Shown here one piece after another: positions 26,209 through 36,692 of a stretch of 64,000 bases of DNA (positions are counted from its first letter, which is position 1; each line of letters starts with the position of its first letter). Source of the DNA: a virus; IMG/VR virus record IMGVR_UViG_3300034021_001440, positions 1 through 64,000 of that record; one strand, 5' to 3'. The notes below the pieces were generated by a model. That model worked only from the letters and a program-made list of their open reading frames with translations, had not been told where the DNA came from and made no database searches. The position numbers and the translations under genes were made by a program.

Positions 26209-29040
26209 GTGCCTCGTTACAGTCCGCTTCCCGCAGTTTCAATTGACCCCCGTAACGAAGCTGAGATTGCACAGGTTGCAGCTCAGGTCGTTTACGAAGC
26301 GTCTAATCAAACTCTCAACGACTTCTCCTCGGGCAATCCCCTTGCCGCTCTGATTCAAGGCCAAGCCTTTGCTCAGGGAGAGTTTCTTTTCTGGGCCAAT
26401 CAGCTTCCTGACGCCATTCTTGTGGAATGGCTGGGCCCGTTTTTGGGCGCAATGCGTCGCCTGGGCACCTCTTCCGTTGCCCAGCTGGTTGTCACCATCT
26501 CACCCAGCAACACTGACACTACGATTCCTTCCGGATCAATCTTCAGCACCGGTGGAATCAACACAGACGGAAACGCAATCAGTTTTGTAAATACTGAAGC
26601 CTACGTTATCCCTGCCGGTCAATCAACGGTAAAGATCAACGTTGCTTCTCAGTACGTCGGCAGCCAGTATAACTGCCCGGCAAACTCCATCAACATTGCT
26701 CCATCAATCGGCATTCCTGGTCTGACTGTGACCAACCCGCAACCAGCGGTTGGTGGCTCGGACGTGGAGACCTATGCCCAAGTCCAAGAGCGTTTCTTCA
26801 CTCTCATTCGTCGCAAGAACCCCGTCAGTCAAGAAGATTGGCAAGATTTCTTTATTGACTTCTACGGTGAAGGCACACTGACCTCGGTTCAACCGAATCG
26901 TCCCAATCAAGGCACCTACAACTATCTGACGGACTACATTCGTCCAAACGGTCAGGTCTCGTTTTTTGTTCTTGGCCCCGACGGCGTGGAACTCACTCAA
27001 GTTCAGTTGGAGCGTGGACAAAACGCTGTCAACTATTCCGTTCCGGTTGAGAACCAAGGTCATCTCTATCCCTTTACTCTGAGTCAAGTTCAGTATAATA
27101 TCTCTCTGGAGATCGACGCCAACAGCACATACGGCGTGAACCTGAAGGACACCTCACTGAACTTCCGCGACCGGCTGTTCTCCGTGCTGACTCCTGGAAC
27201 CGTGTTTCCGGCCACCACTGACCCGACCGTTTCCGACGTTGACGCTGCTTTTTACAGCACTTTTGAAGCCACCGAGCGTTTTGTCAATCCTCACATCGAA
27301 GTGAGCGCAGCCTACAACACGCCGCCCCTTCTGACACCTTCCGCCGCAACCTACACCCAGGTCTATACCTTTGAGCCAACCGGTGAAATTCTCAAAGCCA
27401 ATGACCTGGTCGAAGTCACATTGCCCATTCCCGTGTACTATCCTGTGACACAGGACTTCACGCCATACTCAATTGCCAAAAAAGACCAAACAGTCTATGG
27501 CAACCTTGCTTTGCAGCAAATCGTCCCCTTGCTGGCCGGTGTCTATCTGCGTGGACAAGTGGTGTACTGGGATCCTGCCATTGGCGGTGACGGTCAACTT
27601 CACGTCATTCTGGAAAACCTGACGGTTGAGTCGGAGCTCGTTGCTACAATCAATAACTTGATCTCTAAAGGGCAAATCTCTGCCGCAATGACCTACTCCC
27701 CATGGGTTGTTGGCACCAACTATATTGCCACCACAGGCACAGCGTACACACCTCAAATCGTTCAATACGACTACGCTTCAAACGAGTTCATTCCTGACCC
27801 GACCTCTCCAGTCGTAGTCAATAAGCGACCGGGCACCTTTGTTTGGGTGGTTGCTCAAAACTTCACTCTGCTCCCTGACACCAATGACATCACTGGTGCC
27901 CAGGCAGCTTCGGTGCTGGGTGCCCCGGTGACTCCACAGATTCTGGTGCCAGGAACGTCGTATGCCGCAGGCACTTGGGTCTACACTCCGCAAGTTGGCT
28001 CTGGCCCCGACCCTGTTGCCGACCCGTACTACAACTACGTTGACATCACAAAAGGCATCGTCAACAAGTATGCCTATGTGATTGAGGCTTTCACCTACGA
28101 GCCAAACCAGCAAACAATCAGCGTTTACTTTGACGGTCTTGCTGAGCAAGGCATCATCAAGGAAATTTTAGTTCAGAACGGCGACAACGGGTTGCCAATC
28201 GCAAAGTACAATCCCCGGTTTGAGGCTGGTCAGTACCTGCTGTATCGCGAGAGTGCAGGAGCAACCCCCGAATACTACATTGCTGCCACACACTTCACAC
28301 CAACCAGTGTGAACGCAGGAGTGATGGTCAACCAGGGGTTGATCTTCCCCCTCTACATCAACGCAAGTCAATACACTCAGCTGACTGCTGAACTGGCAAG
28401 CTCAACAACCACGGTTCAGACTCCGGTGAGAATGTTCACCTTCTTCAAGGGGGATCGAACTTTCTTCCGTCAAGGAAGCACCGTGCTTTCCTACACTGCG
28501 ACCACCAACGTCACCCCGTTGTTTGAGTTCTACATCTATCAAGCCAACGGCACCTTCATTCTGACCGAGCAGGGTCAGCCTGTTGAGTTTGCCACGGCCA
28601 ACTACATTCCTTATTTCAATCCTTCCTACAAAAACTACGCAGAAGACACCATTTTGGCAGAGGATGGACGCAACATCTACCGGGTGATGCGTGCATTCAC
28701 TCCGAACGCAACCGCCACAAACTGGACAAACACGACTGTTGCCAACACTGCTCGCATTGAAGAGTATGAGGGCAACCTGCTCCGGTATGTGCGAGAGTAC
28801 ACTTGCGAACAGGACATTCTGTCGCAACTCGGCAGAGACATCTCCGCCATTAAACTTGGGGTTGCCCAGATCACTTTGATTCCGAAAGATAAAGGGCGGT
28901 TCACCAACACACGACAAAACAGTGTGTTTGTTTGGGAAAACACTTCGTCTGCCCTTGTCACACCGCAACTTTCGTGGTACAGCGGTACCTCTTATGCCTA
29001 CAACCCGCCCCAATACGGTGAGGGCACACTCAACTTGTAA
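26209..29040 (+). CDS. baseplate J-like wedge protein, extended
   Basis: IDPRNE, NDFSSGNP, VTNPQPAVGGSDVET....ER, VSQEDW. Confidence 0.82.
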   Translation: MPRYSPLPAVSIDPRNEAEIAQVAAQVVYEASNQTLNDFSSGNPLAALIQGQAFAQGEFLFWANQLPDAILVEWLGPFLGAMRRLGTSSVAQLVVTISPSNTDTTIPSGSIFSTGGINTDGNAISFVNTEAYVIPAGQSTVKINVASQYVGSQYNCPANSINIAPSIGIPGLTVTNPQPAVGGSDVETYAQVQERFFTLIRRKNPVSQEDWQDFFIDFYGEGTLTSVQPNRPNQGTYNYLTDYIRPNGQVSFFVLGPDGVELTQVQLERGQNAVNYSVPVENQGHLYPFTLSQVQYNISLEIDANSTYGVNLKDTSLNFRDRLFSVLTPGTVFPATTDPTVSDVDAAFYSTFEATERFVNPHIEVSAAYNTPPLLTPSAATYTQVYTFEPTGEILKANDLVEVTLPIPVYYPVTQDFTPYSIAKKDQTVYGNLALQQIVPLLAGVYLRGQVVYWDPAIGGDGQLHVILENLTVESELVATINNLISKGQISAAMTYSPWVVGTNYIATTGTAYTPQIVQYDYASNEFIPDPTSPVVVNKRPGTFVWVVAQNFTLLPDTNDITGAQAASVLGAPVTPQILVPGTSYAAGTWVYTPQVGSGPDPVADPYYNYVDITKGIVNKYAYVIEAFTYEPNQQTISVYFDGLAEQGIIKEILVQNGDNGLPIAKYNPRFEAGQYLLYRESAGATPEYYIAATHFTPTSVNAGVMVNQGLIFPLYINASQYTQLTAELASSTTTVQTPVRMFTFFKGDRTFFRQGSTVLSYTATTNVTPLFEFYIYQANGTFILTEQGQPVEFATANYIPYFNPSYKNYAEDTILAEDGRNIYRVMRAFTPNATATNWTNTTVANTARIEEYEGNLLRYVREYTCEQDILSQLGRDISAIKLGVAQITLIPKDKGRFTNTRQNSVFVWENTSSALVTPQLSWYSGTSYAYNPPQYGEGTLNL

Positions 29041-29043
29041 GGT

Positions 29044-30297
29044 ATGTCCCAGCAACTAATCCCGGTCAATGGGGGAGTCGAGCAAGTTGTCATCACCCCC
29101 TCCTCAGCAACTGCAAATGTGCTGTCTCACCAGTACATCATTGCAAAAAATTTGGAGTCTCGCCCAACAGAATGGGTGCCGGGTGGACGGCCTATCTACC
29201 GCCGGTTGCCTGCTATCAGTGAGACCTATGTAATCGACTTTTTCAACATTGTTTCTCCGCCAAACACGGCAGTGAGAGCTTCGCTTGAGAAAATCGGTTA
29301 TGTCTTTGTGCCCTGGACCGAAAACAGCGAGGGGCCAACTTCAGTCAAGGTCAATGTGTCAGAGTCTGGCAAAGATTTGCTGATCTGTGGTGGAAAAATT
29401 GTCTGGGAGTATGGCGGAACTCAAGTCTATCCCGCCATCATCAACCTGGAAACCCTTCGCACTCGTGGCGATCGGCGATATTTCCTCGCCTATGAGCTTG
29501 TCTATGACGACAATGTTCAACAAAAACAATACTACGTGGAAGATTTTGCTCTGACTGGGCAACCTTTGACGATCACTTCCAGCACTGACAGCGTTATTGG
29601 TTGGCGTTATCCCGCCGTGAACGCTTTTTTGAACTCCTCCTCAATTTTTTGGACTTCAAAAGACACATACTTTCCTGCGTTCGCTCAACCAGCCACCAGC
29701 TATCTTCAGTGGACGAGCACCCTGGGCGCTGCATACTCTCAAGTCACACTCCGTTGCCCTGAAAGCACAGCTTACACCGCCACAGCGTCGATCTATTATG
29801 TAACTCCGGACGGCAACGTGTCGTTTCAAGGTCAAGTTTCTCCCTCGGAGGATTCGACTGGGCAATTCTATCGGTTCAACTTTCAAACACCGGCTTTCAA
29901 CACTGGGTGGAAAGTTGTTTGGTCCTCCACAGATGTGGCTATCCAAAGTGTCACCGTTACTGGCACCGTGGTTCTGGAAAAGAAACCCGTTGCGCCGGCA
30001 ACTCGGGCAACTCTTGTGATGTGGCCAGCTGGGACCGAGCCGAAGGACGTGACCTACTGCCCTCTGGCTTATGTGGATGTCGACAATAACTATAAAATTA
30101 CCAACATCCAAGACATTCGATATGTAATTCGCCGAGACTACGTTCCCGTGGCTGACTGGCTGACAAAACCCTTCGACGAAACTCTCATCAACCTTTATGA
30201 GCAGGTGGAGGAATACCCACAGTTTTGGATGAACCCGCCTACTTGTATGAAGCAGGAATATGCTGCTCTTATTGACAAAAACATTATAGTTGTGTAA
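29044..30297 (+). CDS. baseplate / tail structural protein
   Basis: 417-aa ORF in the baseplate cluster. Confidence 0.6.
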   Translation: MSQQLIPVNGGVEQVVITPSSATANVLSHQYIIAKNLESRPTEWVPGGRPIYRRLPAISETYVIDFFNIVSPPNTAVRASLEKIGYVFVPWTENSEGPTSVKVNVSESGKDLLICGGKIVWEYGGTQVYPAIINLETLRTRGDRRYFLAYELVYDDNVQQKQYYVEDFALTGQPLTITSSTDSVIGWRYPAVNAFLNSSSIFWTSKDTYFPAFAQPATSYLQWTSTLGAAYSQVTLRCPESTAYTATASIYYVTPDGNVSFQGQVSPSEDSTGQFYRFNFQTPAFNTGWKVVWSSTDVAIQSVTVTGTVVLEKKPVAPATRATLVMWPAGTEPKDVTYCPLAYVDVDNNYKITNIQDIRYVIRRDYVPVADWLTKPFDETLINLYEQVEEYPQFWMNPPTCMKQEYAALIDKNIIVV

Positions 30298-30298
30298 A

Positions 30299-33202
30299 AT
30301 GACTTTCGAGACTGCCACTTTCAATCCAAGAGAGTTTGAACTGCGGAACTTTACGAATCCGTATGTGACACCGGAGCAGTCCGATGCCATTTCTCTCACT
30401 GAGACACGAGTCAACTCTCAACTTGACTACGTGGCTCAAATGCTGGGCTGGAACGGACCAAACTATTGGAATAGCCTGCCCAACACTCCCGATCAAAAAC
30501 GTCAGCTACTGGGCGGTAGCTTTGGAGTCTACAACAGTTTCATTATCCCGGTTGTTTACGAATACCGAAATTGGAACAGCACAGTTGTCATTGATCGTGT
30601 TCCTTTCCTCAAGCCGGGTCGCCGTGAGTTTGTAGAAAAAGTTCTCGTTGGTTTTGATGTTTACAACATCCTGAGTGTCACACTGGAGGGTGAAACGTAT
30701 GTGGTGGAACTTGAAGGTGTGACGGACACCTTCTACCAGCAAATTGCCAGCAACATTCCCCTTCAACTCATAGTTCCGTCAGCTCGACCGGCTCCTTTTG
30801 TTCGCCCTCAGATTGGCGCCTCTGGAGATGCCTCGTTCACGGTTGGCAGCAGTGGGACTGAACTTTTGCTGTACCCGTACTACGACACTCAGAAAAAGTT
30901 TCGTTATTATACTCTCTCCCTGTTTGGTGATTCAGTCTATACTTTTGATCAACCTGTCTATGTAAAGTACGATCTCACCAACACAGATCCTGACATTTCC
31001 CCCACCTACGATGCCGCCAATCAAGTTTGGGTCTTGAGGATTCCTCCCAACCTTGCCACAGCTGCTGCTCCAATCACTTCTTTCCTGTGCTGGGATTACT
31101 CGGACAGTTCCACGCTCACCGTGGTCTCCACCCCCATCTACATTCAGCAGTGGAGGGACCCGTCTGACTGGGGTGGTCTCAGCACCCTGAGAAACTTCAC
31201 GGGCGCGTGGGGAAACAAAGGTGGCCCGCTGCCATTCAATCTGGCTTTCGACAGCCTGTCGATTCACGGTGTATCTGAGCAGAATGCTCTGATTTACACG
31301 GGAACGCAACGGTCTTTGTCCTACAACGAACTGATGGTTGAAGTCTACAACCAACTGACTCCGTATGACGTGACTGCACCGGGCAATCCCAACCCTGGTG
31401 ACTTGTGGTGGAACCCTGAAACAGGCGCCCTTTCGGTTTGGTATGCCCCGGAGAACCAACCTTGCGCTTTCTGGGTTGAGACCCTGTATCGAGAACAACC
31501 GAAAAATCAAATTATTCCTACGCTTGTCTACCCCGACTTGACAGCGTTCAATGCAGCTGCTCCAACCATTCCCCAGGGTGAAGTGGTTCTGATTCTAGAC
31601 GCCACAGGACTTTCCACAGCGGAGAATGTGATCGGTCTGACCGGCACTATTACGAACGCTCCTGCCGTGTACCTTTTCAGGGCCGACAGCTCCTCCCTCT
31701 GGACGGTCTATCAGTTTGTGTTTGCGACTGAGCCGGACTTTGCCGCAAATGCTCAGATTCTTCCGTTCAAAGTGAAGACGGTCATCTCCGAAGCAAACGG
31801 ACTTGCCCCCGTTGCTGCCAACTACAAAATTGAAAACCTTGGGTTCCAAATCACTCAACCAATTCCCGCAGTCATCAGCAAGTACTATACCAACGACAAC
31901 TGGGAGATTTTTCCAGACTCCATTCTTGAGTACATCTCAGAGTCTTCCCTATTCGGTTATGAGCTTCAAGGGGAAATGTGGTGGGACTATGGCAACCCGG
32001 TCTATGAGACACGGGCAGCATCGATCTACATTCAAAGTGCCTGGGTTTCTGTCAATTATCACCCCTTGAGTGCTGCTCCGCAATACTTCTTCAACCAGCT
32101 GGCTTTGCGATTCTACTCCAATGGGGTGCTTCTTGCCCCCAGCGTTGACTATAACACACAGGACTATCTCATCCGGTACGTCTACAACGACGCCACTCAG
32201 GAATACGATTTTACTTATACACCCTTGACGCTTGAGGGCAAAACAATGCTGCCCACGATCGAGGTGTCGGACTCACTGGAAAGCACCTATCGCAAAGACA
32301 TCTCTCAGATGATCTTCGGTGGCATTGCCTATACGTTGAGTCCCGCAGTTGCTGACTCCGAGACCCCTCTGCGTCTTTGGAAAACTCAAGACCTTCAGGA
32401 TGCTGGCACTGTGGCTCATTTGCTAGAAGATAACTACATCAACCCCTTGCTCGCTGACAGAAACAATGGACCTGGGCTTGAGAACTGGGAGAAATACTTC
32501 ATTCGTTTACCGTTGGACTATGGTCGAAACGAAAATCAATGGGAGAAAACAGCCCTGATTTGCCAAGACTTTGGATACTGGGGATCTACTATTGAGCCTG
32601 AGTTTATGCGTTGTCCCCCCGAAGATGATGCTCCGGCCATCTATGAAGAACTCTTCCTTTACAACCAGCCCATCCAAGACTACACCTACGTTTACACCGA
32701 GCCATATCTGTACTCAAACATCGCCTACTTCACCAGCCCCGAGGTGGGTGACTACGAGAACGCAGGGTTCTTCCCAGCAAACGAGATTCCGTTTGACGGA
32801 TTCACCGAGGGTGCTCTGATCTCCTATGACCCCCTTCACAATCGTTTGGCTGACACGGACTCTTCAGTTGGCAACGGCTACGGAGATTGGCTTGGCATCT
32901 ACACGAACATTAGCCCTTGCAACCCCTTGACAGGATTCTTCATCAACGACTTGGCTGACGGTGCTCTGACTTATGTTGATGCCCCTCTTTGGGACGCCAG
33001 CATCTACAAGGCTCCTCCCACCTGTGAGCACGATCCCGGATCCTACACCGTTGACGCCAACCACTACAAGATTGGCTACGCTTATTTTGTTGCCGACGCT
33101 TCTGCGGCAGAAGACGGTTTCTTTGACCCTCAACAGCAAGCTGCCTGGAGATATCCTACGGACAAAGTTCCTTCTCTGTATCTGCTGCCCAGGGGCGGGT
33201 AA
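30299..33202 (+). CDS. large virion structural protein
   Basis: ATG 30299; PNPGDLWWNPETGALSVWY fibre-type motif. Confidence 0.7.
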   Translation: MTFETATFNPREFELRNFTNPYVTPEQSDAISLTETRVNSQLDYVAQMLGWNGPNYWNSLPNTPDQKRQLLGGSFGVYNSFIIPVVYEYRNWNSTVVIDRVPFLKPGRREFVEKVLVGFDVYNILSVTLEGETYVVELEGVTDTFYQQIASNIPLQLIVPSARPAPFVRPQIGASGDASFTVGSSGTELLLYPYYDTQKKFRYYTLSLFGDSVYTFDQPVYVKYDLTNTDPDISPTYDAANQVWVLRIPPNLATAAAPITSFLCWDYSDSSTLTVVSTPIYIQQWRDPSDWGGLSTLRNFTGAWGNKGGPLPFNLAFDSLSIHGVSEQNALIYTGTQRSLSYNELMVEVYNQLTPYDVTAPGNPNPGDLWWNPETGALSVWYAPENQPCAFWVETLYREQPKNQIIPTLVYPDLTAFNAAAPTIPQGEVVLILDATGLSTAENVIGLTGTITNAPAVYLFRADSSSLWTVYQFVFATEPDFAANAQILPFKVKTVISEANGLAPVAANYKIENLGFQITQPIPAVISKYYTNDNWEIFPDSILEYISESSLFGYELQGEMWWDYGNPVYETRAASIYIQSAWVSVNYHPLSAAPQYFFNQLALRFYSNGVLLAPSVDYNTQDYLIRYVYNDATQEYDFTYTPLTLEGKTMLPTIEVSDSLESTYRKDISQMIFGGIAYTLSPAVADSETPLRLWKTQDLQDAGTVAHLLEDNYINPLLADRNNGPGLENWEKYFIRLPLDYGRNENQWEKTALICQDFGYWGSTIEPEFMRCPPEDDAPAIYEELFLYNQPIQDYTYVYTEPYLYSNIAYFTSPEVGDYENAGFFPANEIPFDGFTEGALISYDPLHNRLADTDSSVGNGYGDWLGIYTNISPCNPLTGFFINDLADGALTYVDAPLWDASIYKAPPTCEHDPGSYTVDANHYKIGYAYFVADASAAEDGFFDPQQQAAWRYPTDKVPSLYLLPRGG

Positions 33203-33204
33203 AA
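33197..33204 (+). promoter_or_regulatory. putative late promoter GGGTAAAA overlapping a stop codon
   Basis: 30 nt before ATG 33227. Confidence 0.7.
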
Positions 33205-33226
33205 CCAAATAGTTCAACCCACCGTT

Positions 33227-33526
33227 ATGGCTACTCGTAGAAAAACTTCTTCTGCAGGGGGATTCTCAACCGAATCTCAACCCGTTGAAGAAGAAAAAGT
33301 TGTGGAAATTACAGAACCTTCGACTCCTGAAGAACTGGAAGAAGAGATTGAAGCCATTGAAGAATTTCTGACCGAAGCAGTTGAGGAAGTGCTTGTAGAG
33401 GAAGAGGCCAAAGAGGAACCACTCGCTCCGGCTCCGGCTCCCGAAGTCAAGCACGAAAATCCTCCTCCCTCCACCACTTCTCTCGTCCGTCACCGTCGTA
33501 ACATTCCGAGATTTGTCAGGCGCTGA
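33227..33526 (+). CDS. acidic hypothetical protein
   Basis: basic ends and Glu-rich core. Confidence 0.65.
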   Translation: MATRRKTSSAGGFSTESQPVEEEKVVEITEPSTPEELEEEIEAIEEFLTEAVEEVLVEEEAKEEPLAPAPAPEVKHENPPPSTTSLVRHRRNIPRFVRR

Positions 33527-33528
33527 TT

Positions 33529-34344
33529 ATGCTCAAACCGAAGGGACGTAATCTACCGATCGTCAAACAACTGGCTGCGATGCAGCAGGCGTCCGAGTTC
33601 AATATGAAGTACGCTGGTTTGCCAGAGTCTTCTGTTCGCGGCACGATCTATGACGTTGACGATCCTGAAAACCGGGGTCGCGTTCGGGTCCTTTTCGACG
33701 ACTTCAATGCCAATGTGCCCGAAGTCCAGAACGCAGGTGAGTCCTCCGGCAAACGTATTCAAGAAGGTGAACCGCAACTGTCTCACTGGATTGACACGAT
33801 GCCGTCATTCAAGGGAAGACAACCCAAAGGAATGATTGGCAAACGGGTCGGCATCACGATCACGAACCGGCAGTTTCAGTATGCGATTCTCTCGGACGTT
33901 ATCTACGACCCGGAAACTCTTGTCAATGACGCTGCAAAGGGACTGAAGCAGCCAAATAACAGCTCAATGACTCGGCTGCCCGTGTATGACTCCGGGCAAC
34001 TGCCGCCACCGTGCGAAGAAAACCACGGCTGCACAGTGATTGAGAACGACGGCCCACTTCAGTCCGACTGGCTCTGTGTTTGCTTGAAAAGAAACGGAGA
34101 GTATATGTGGGTTCGTCACATTGACGTGTCCCACGGGCACGCAGGACAGAACGACAGCTCACAGCCTCCTGACAACGAGGTTGACAACGAGCAACCGGTC
34201 AACAACCAAACCATTTGGGACTACACGTTCCCCACAACGGCAGGAGAGATGGCAAAAAGAACCAACTATGGGGCAAGTCCCCGCCCCAATCCCTTTGGGG
34301 ACCAGGCGGGTTGGGTTGGACCCGCACCGTCGACGGAGGCATAA
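33529..34344 (+). CDS. baseplate central spike (gp5 / gpV OB-fold)
   Basis: GTIYDVDDPENRGRVRV..SHWI; HGH motif. Confidence 0.75.
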   Translation: MLKPKGRNLPIVKQLAAMQQASEFNMKYAGLPESSVRGTIYDVDDPENRGRVRVLFDDFNANVPEVQNAGESSGKRIQEGEPQLSHWIDTMPSFKGRQPKGMIGKRVGITITNRQFQYAILSDVIYDPETLVNDAAKGLKQPNNSSMTRLPVYDSGQLPPPCEENHGCTVIENDGPLQSDWLCVCLKRNGEYMWVRHIDVSHGHAGQNDSSQPPDNEVDNEQPVNNQTIWDYTFPTTAGEMAKRTNYGASPRPNPFGDQAGWVGPAPSTEA

Positions 34345-34347
34345 ACA

Positions 34348-34716
34348 ATGGCAATAGGATACCCCGACGCTGACTACGCAGCACCACCCGACTACTCGGT
34401 GGAGTCAGGAACAAACTGCGGAAATGCCAAACCTGCCCAGTTCTGGCAAGGTGGCAACTTTTGCGGAGACGTAGAAATCAATACGAATCTCACCGTTGGT
34501 GAAAACATCACAGCAACGACCGGTCTGATTGGCAAAGCCCAGTTCACTCAAACGGAAACCCTTGTCAGCGTGCCGGTGACGATTGACGCCAACACAATTG
34601 TCAGAGGGCGCCTCATCACCAACGAGCTGGAAGTCCAAGAGATTGAGTTTCGTGCGGTACGCCTTCCACTTTTTGACAACTACTACGTCTTGGCCTCCTA
34701 CATTCCACCAAGCTAA
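34348..34716 (+). CDS. short beta-helical structural protein
   Basis: GDVEINTNLTVGENITAT spike/fibre-like repeats. Confidence 0.55.
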   Translation: MAIGYPDADYAAPPDYSVESGTNCGNAKPAQFWQGGNFCGDVEINTNLTVGENITATTGLIGKAQFTQTETLVSVPVTIDANTIVRGRLITNELEVQEIEFRAVRLPLFDNYYVLASYIPPS

Positions 34717-35546
34717 TGGCAATTCGTAGACCGAGCATCTATTCCCCGACGTGGGTCTATCAGGATTTCCTCTACATGGACAATCCTCCAGAGCAACTGC
34801 GTTATCTCCAGGTCAAGTGGGACGGGCAAGTCTACCAAAGAATTTCCGAAACTTTTGACTACAGCAATCCCCCCTACCCTGACATTGAGCAGAAGGGAGG
34901 AGACATCGTTGCGCAAATTGACTACACAATCAGTGGAAAACTGATTACAATCAACGACTGGAACGTTGACTGGCGCGACGAGTGGCCGTTGAGGCAAGCT
35001 GTCAACTACTTGATCAACTGCTTGTACATGCCTGAGAAAGGGTATGTCATTCGCGTTCGTGGGAAAGAAGTTTACAACCAAGCAGGAGAAGCGATTCAGG
35101 TTGCTGACAAAGAGCCGATCGCTTTCTGGGTGTCCGAAACGTTCAAGCCTCTGGACAACGCCCCCAATGACTATCTGGTCCGCTTTGGTGCTCCCGACAC
35201 ACCCCAACCTTATGCAATAAAGTACCAGTTTGCCGCTTCTGTTCAAACGCTGGTAAACGGGGCACAAATTGTCGCAGTTGTACAACCATTCAACCTGCCA
35301 GCTGCTGAAACCTTGTTCTGGGAAGTTGTTGGAGACGAAGTAAACGCAGCATATCTCCTTCAAGGGCCAACCACTGGCTCGGTGCTGATCGACGAAGACC
35401 CGACCTATTTCAACATCCCTTTGACCTACCCAGTGCCGGTGGTTCCGCAAGGTCCCCCGTACATGCTCAACATCAACTTCTATGCCGAGGCCAACAGGCT
35501 GGTTCCCGTTGGGTCAACAACGGTTGAAGTTCCTTCGCTCCCCTGA
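34716..35546 (+). CDS. two-domain protein: possible GNAT-like N-domain plus Ig/Calx-like C-domain
   Basis: C-domain homologous to the C-terminus of fibre 60843..63149. Confidence 0.6.
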   Translation: MAIRRPSIYSPTWVYQDFLYMDNPPEQLRYLQVKWDGQVYQRISETFDYSNPPYPDIEQKGGDIVAQIDYTISGKLITINDWNVDWRDEWPLRQAVNYLINCLYMPEKGYVIRVRGKEVYNQAGEAIQVADKEPIAFWVSETFKPLDNAPNDYLVRFGAPDTPQPYAIKYQFAASVQTLVNGAQIVAVVQPFNLPAAETLFWEVVGDEVNAAYLLQGPTTGSVLIDEDPTYFNIPLTYPVPVVPQGPPYMLNINFYAEANRLVPVGSTTVEVPSLP

Positions 35547-35548
35547 CC

Positions 35549-35556
35549 GGGTAAAA
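35549..35556 (+). promoter_or_regulatory. putative late promoter GGGTAAAA
   Basis: 30 nt before GTG 35579. Confidence 0.7.
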
Positions 35557-35578
35557 CCTTTGAAAAGGTCGTAGTATT

Positions 35579-36658
35579 GTGGCAATTCCGCAGGTAAAAG
35601 AGATCACGGTGCCAACCCCGATGTCCATCATCGTGTGGTTTGACGGGCCGCTTGACACAAACGTCATTGTGCCCGTAGAATCTTTCACCGTCAACTACGG
35701 CCAGTACGGTGTGTCAACGATCAACTACTCGTCTGACACGATGCTGACCCTGGGGCTAGATAGTGCTCTGTCGCCCTGGGACGAAGTTTTCATCTCTTAT
35801 GAGCCGCCGTTGGACCTGGCTCGTTGCCTGCGTGGCCCTGTGCCCCCGACGGCAAATGACGTGGTTCGAAAGCGAAATGCCGTTCGTGCGTTCTATCGCG
35901 TTCCAGCCCGCAACATGCTGGCTCCCGACGAACTGAAAGACGGCACTCGGACGCAAGCCAACCTCGGTCAGACAATCGGTGGGTATGGATTTCCATACCA
36001 AAACAGAAGTGGCACCCTGACGGAGCACAAGTCGGATCCTCGCTCTGCGAGCCCAGACGACTTCATCGTTGCCTATGGCTTGAAAGAAGCCATTCAGCTC
36101 ACGAACATTGACGATGCTGCTGCGACCTCGGTCAACGTGGCAAAACTGCGCATGGCTATTCAAGATGCCAACGCACTGATTGACAGCTATATTGAACAAA
36201 GCGGCAAAGCAGGCATGGTGCTCATCACGAGCAACCGTCGCCGCACCGCTCTCATCGTTGCTCGCTACTTCCTTGACACCGTTCGCCGCCGTGAGGATGT
36301 AAAGTCAGACTACGAGGTGGCGCTGAAACAAATGCAGGCGGAAATGGCAATGACTGCCATTCGCGCTGGCAACGGCGACTCAGCGATCGACACCCCGGCA
36401 GGCATCATGCGGGCGTGGCGCATTCCTCAACGCTATAACATGGTTTCGGGCAAAGGGTTGTCTGGTTGGACGACCGATACCGGAGGAGACCAAGCACCTG
36501 ACTATAGACAGGGATGGGGTGCAATTGGGCAGAACGACGACTTCCCGAACTGGATCACGGGCGACAACTATTTGGAACTGACCGGTGGAACTCCGCAGAT
36601 TGTGGAGCCGACAGACGCAGGTGGATTCACCTACGACAACGGCGGTTGGATCAACTAA
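35579..36658 (+). CDS. head-tail connector, Mu gp36 / DUF1320-like, with extra N-terminal Ig-like domain
   Basis: ASPDDF..AYG..E.IQLTN, AIQDANALIDSYI, IVARYFL, DYEVALK. Confidence 0.75.
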   Translation: MAIPQVKEITVPTPMSIIVWFDGPLDTNVIVPVESFTVNYGQYGVSTINYSSDTMLTLGLDSALSPWDEVFISYEPPLDLARCLRGPVPPTANDVVRKRNAVRAFYRVPARNMLAPDELKDGTRTQANLGQTIGGYGFPYQNRSGTLTEHKSDPRSASPDDFIVAYGLKEAIQLTNIDDAAATSVNVAKLRMAIQDANALIDSYIEQSGKAGMVLITSNRRRTALIVARYFLDTVRRREDVKSDYEVALKQMQAEMAMTAIRAGNGDSAIDTPAGIMRAWRIPQRYNMVSGKGLSGWTTDTGGDQAPDYRQGWGAIGQNDDFPNWITGDNYLELTGGTPQIVEPTDAGGFTYDNGGWIN

Positions 36659-36666
36659 GGGTAAAA
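36659..36666 (+). promoter_or_regulatory. putative late promoter GGGTAAAA
   Basis: 34 nt before ATG 36693. Confidence 0.7.
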
Positions 36667-36692
36667 GCAGCTATAACAATAGCCGACAAAAA

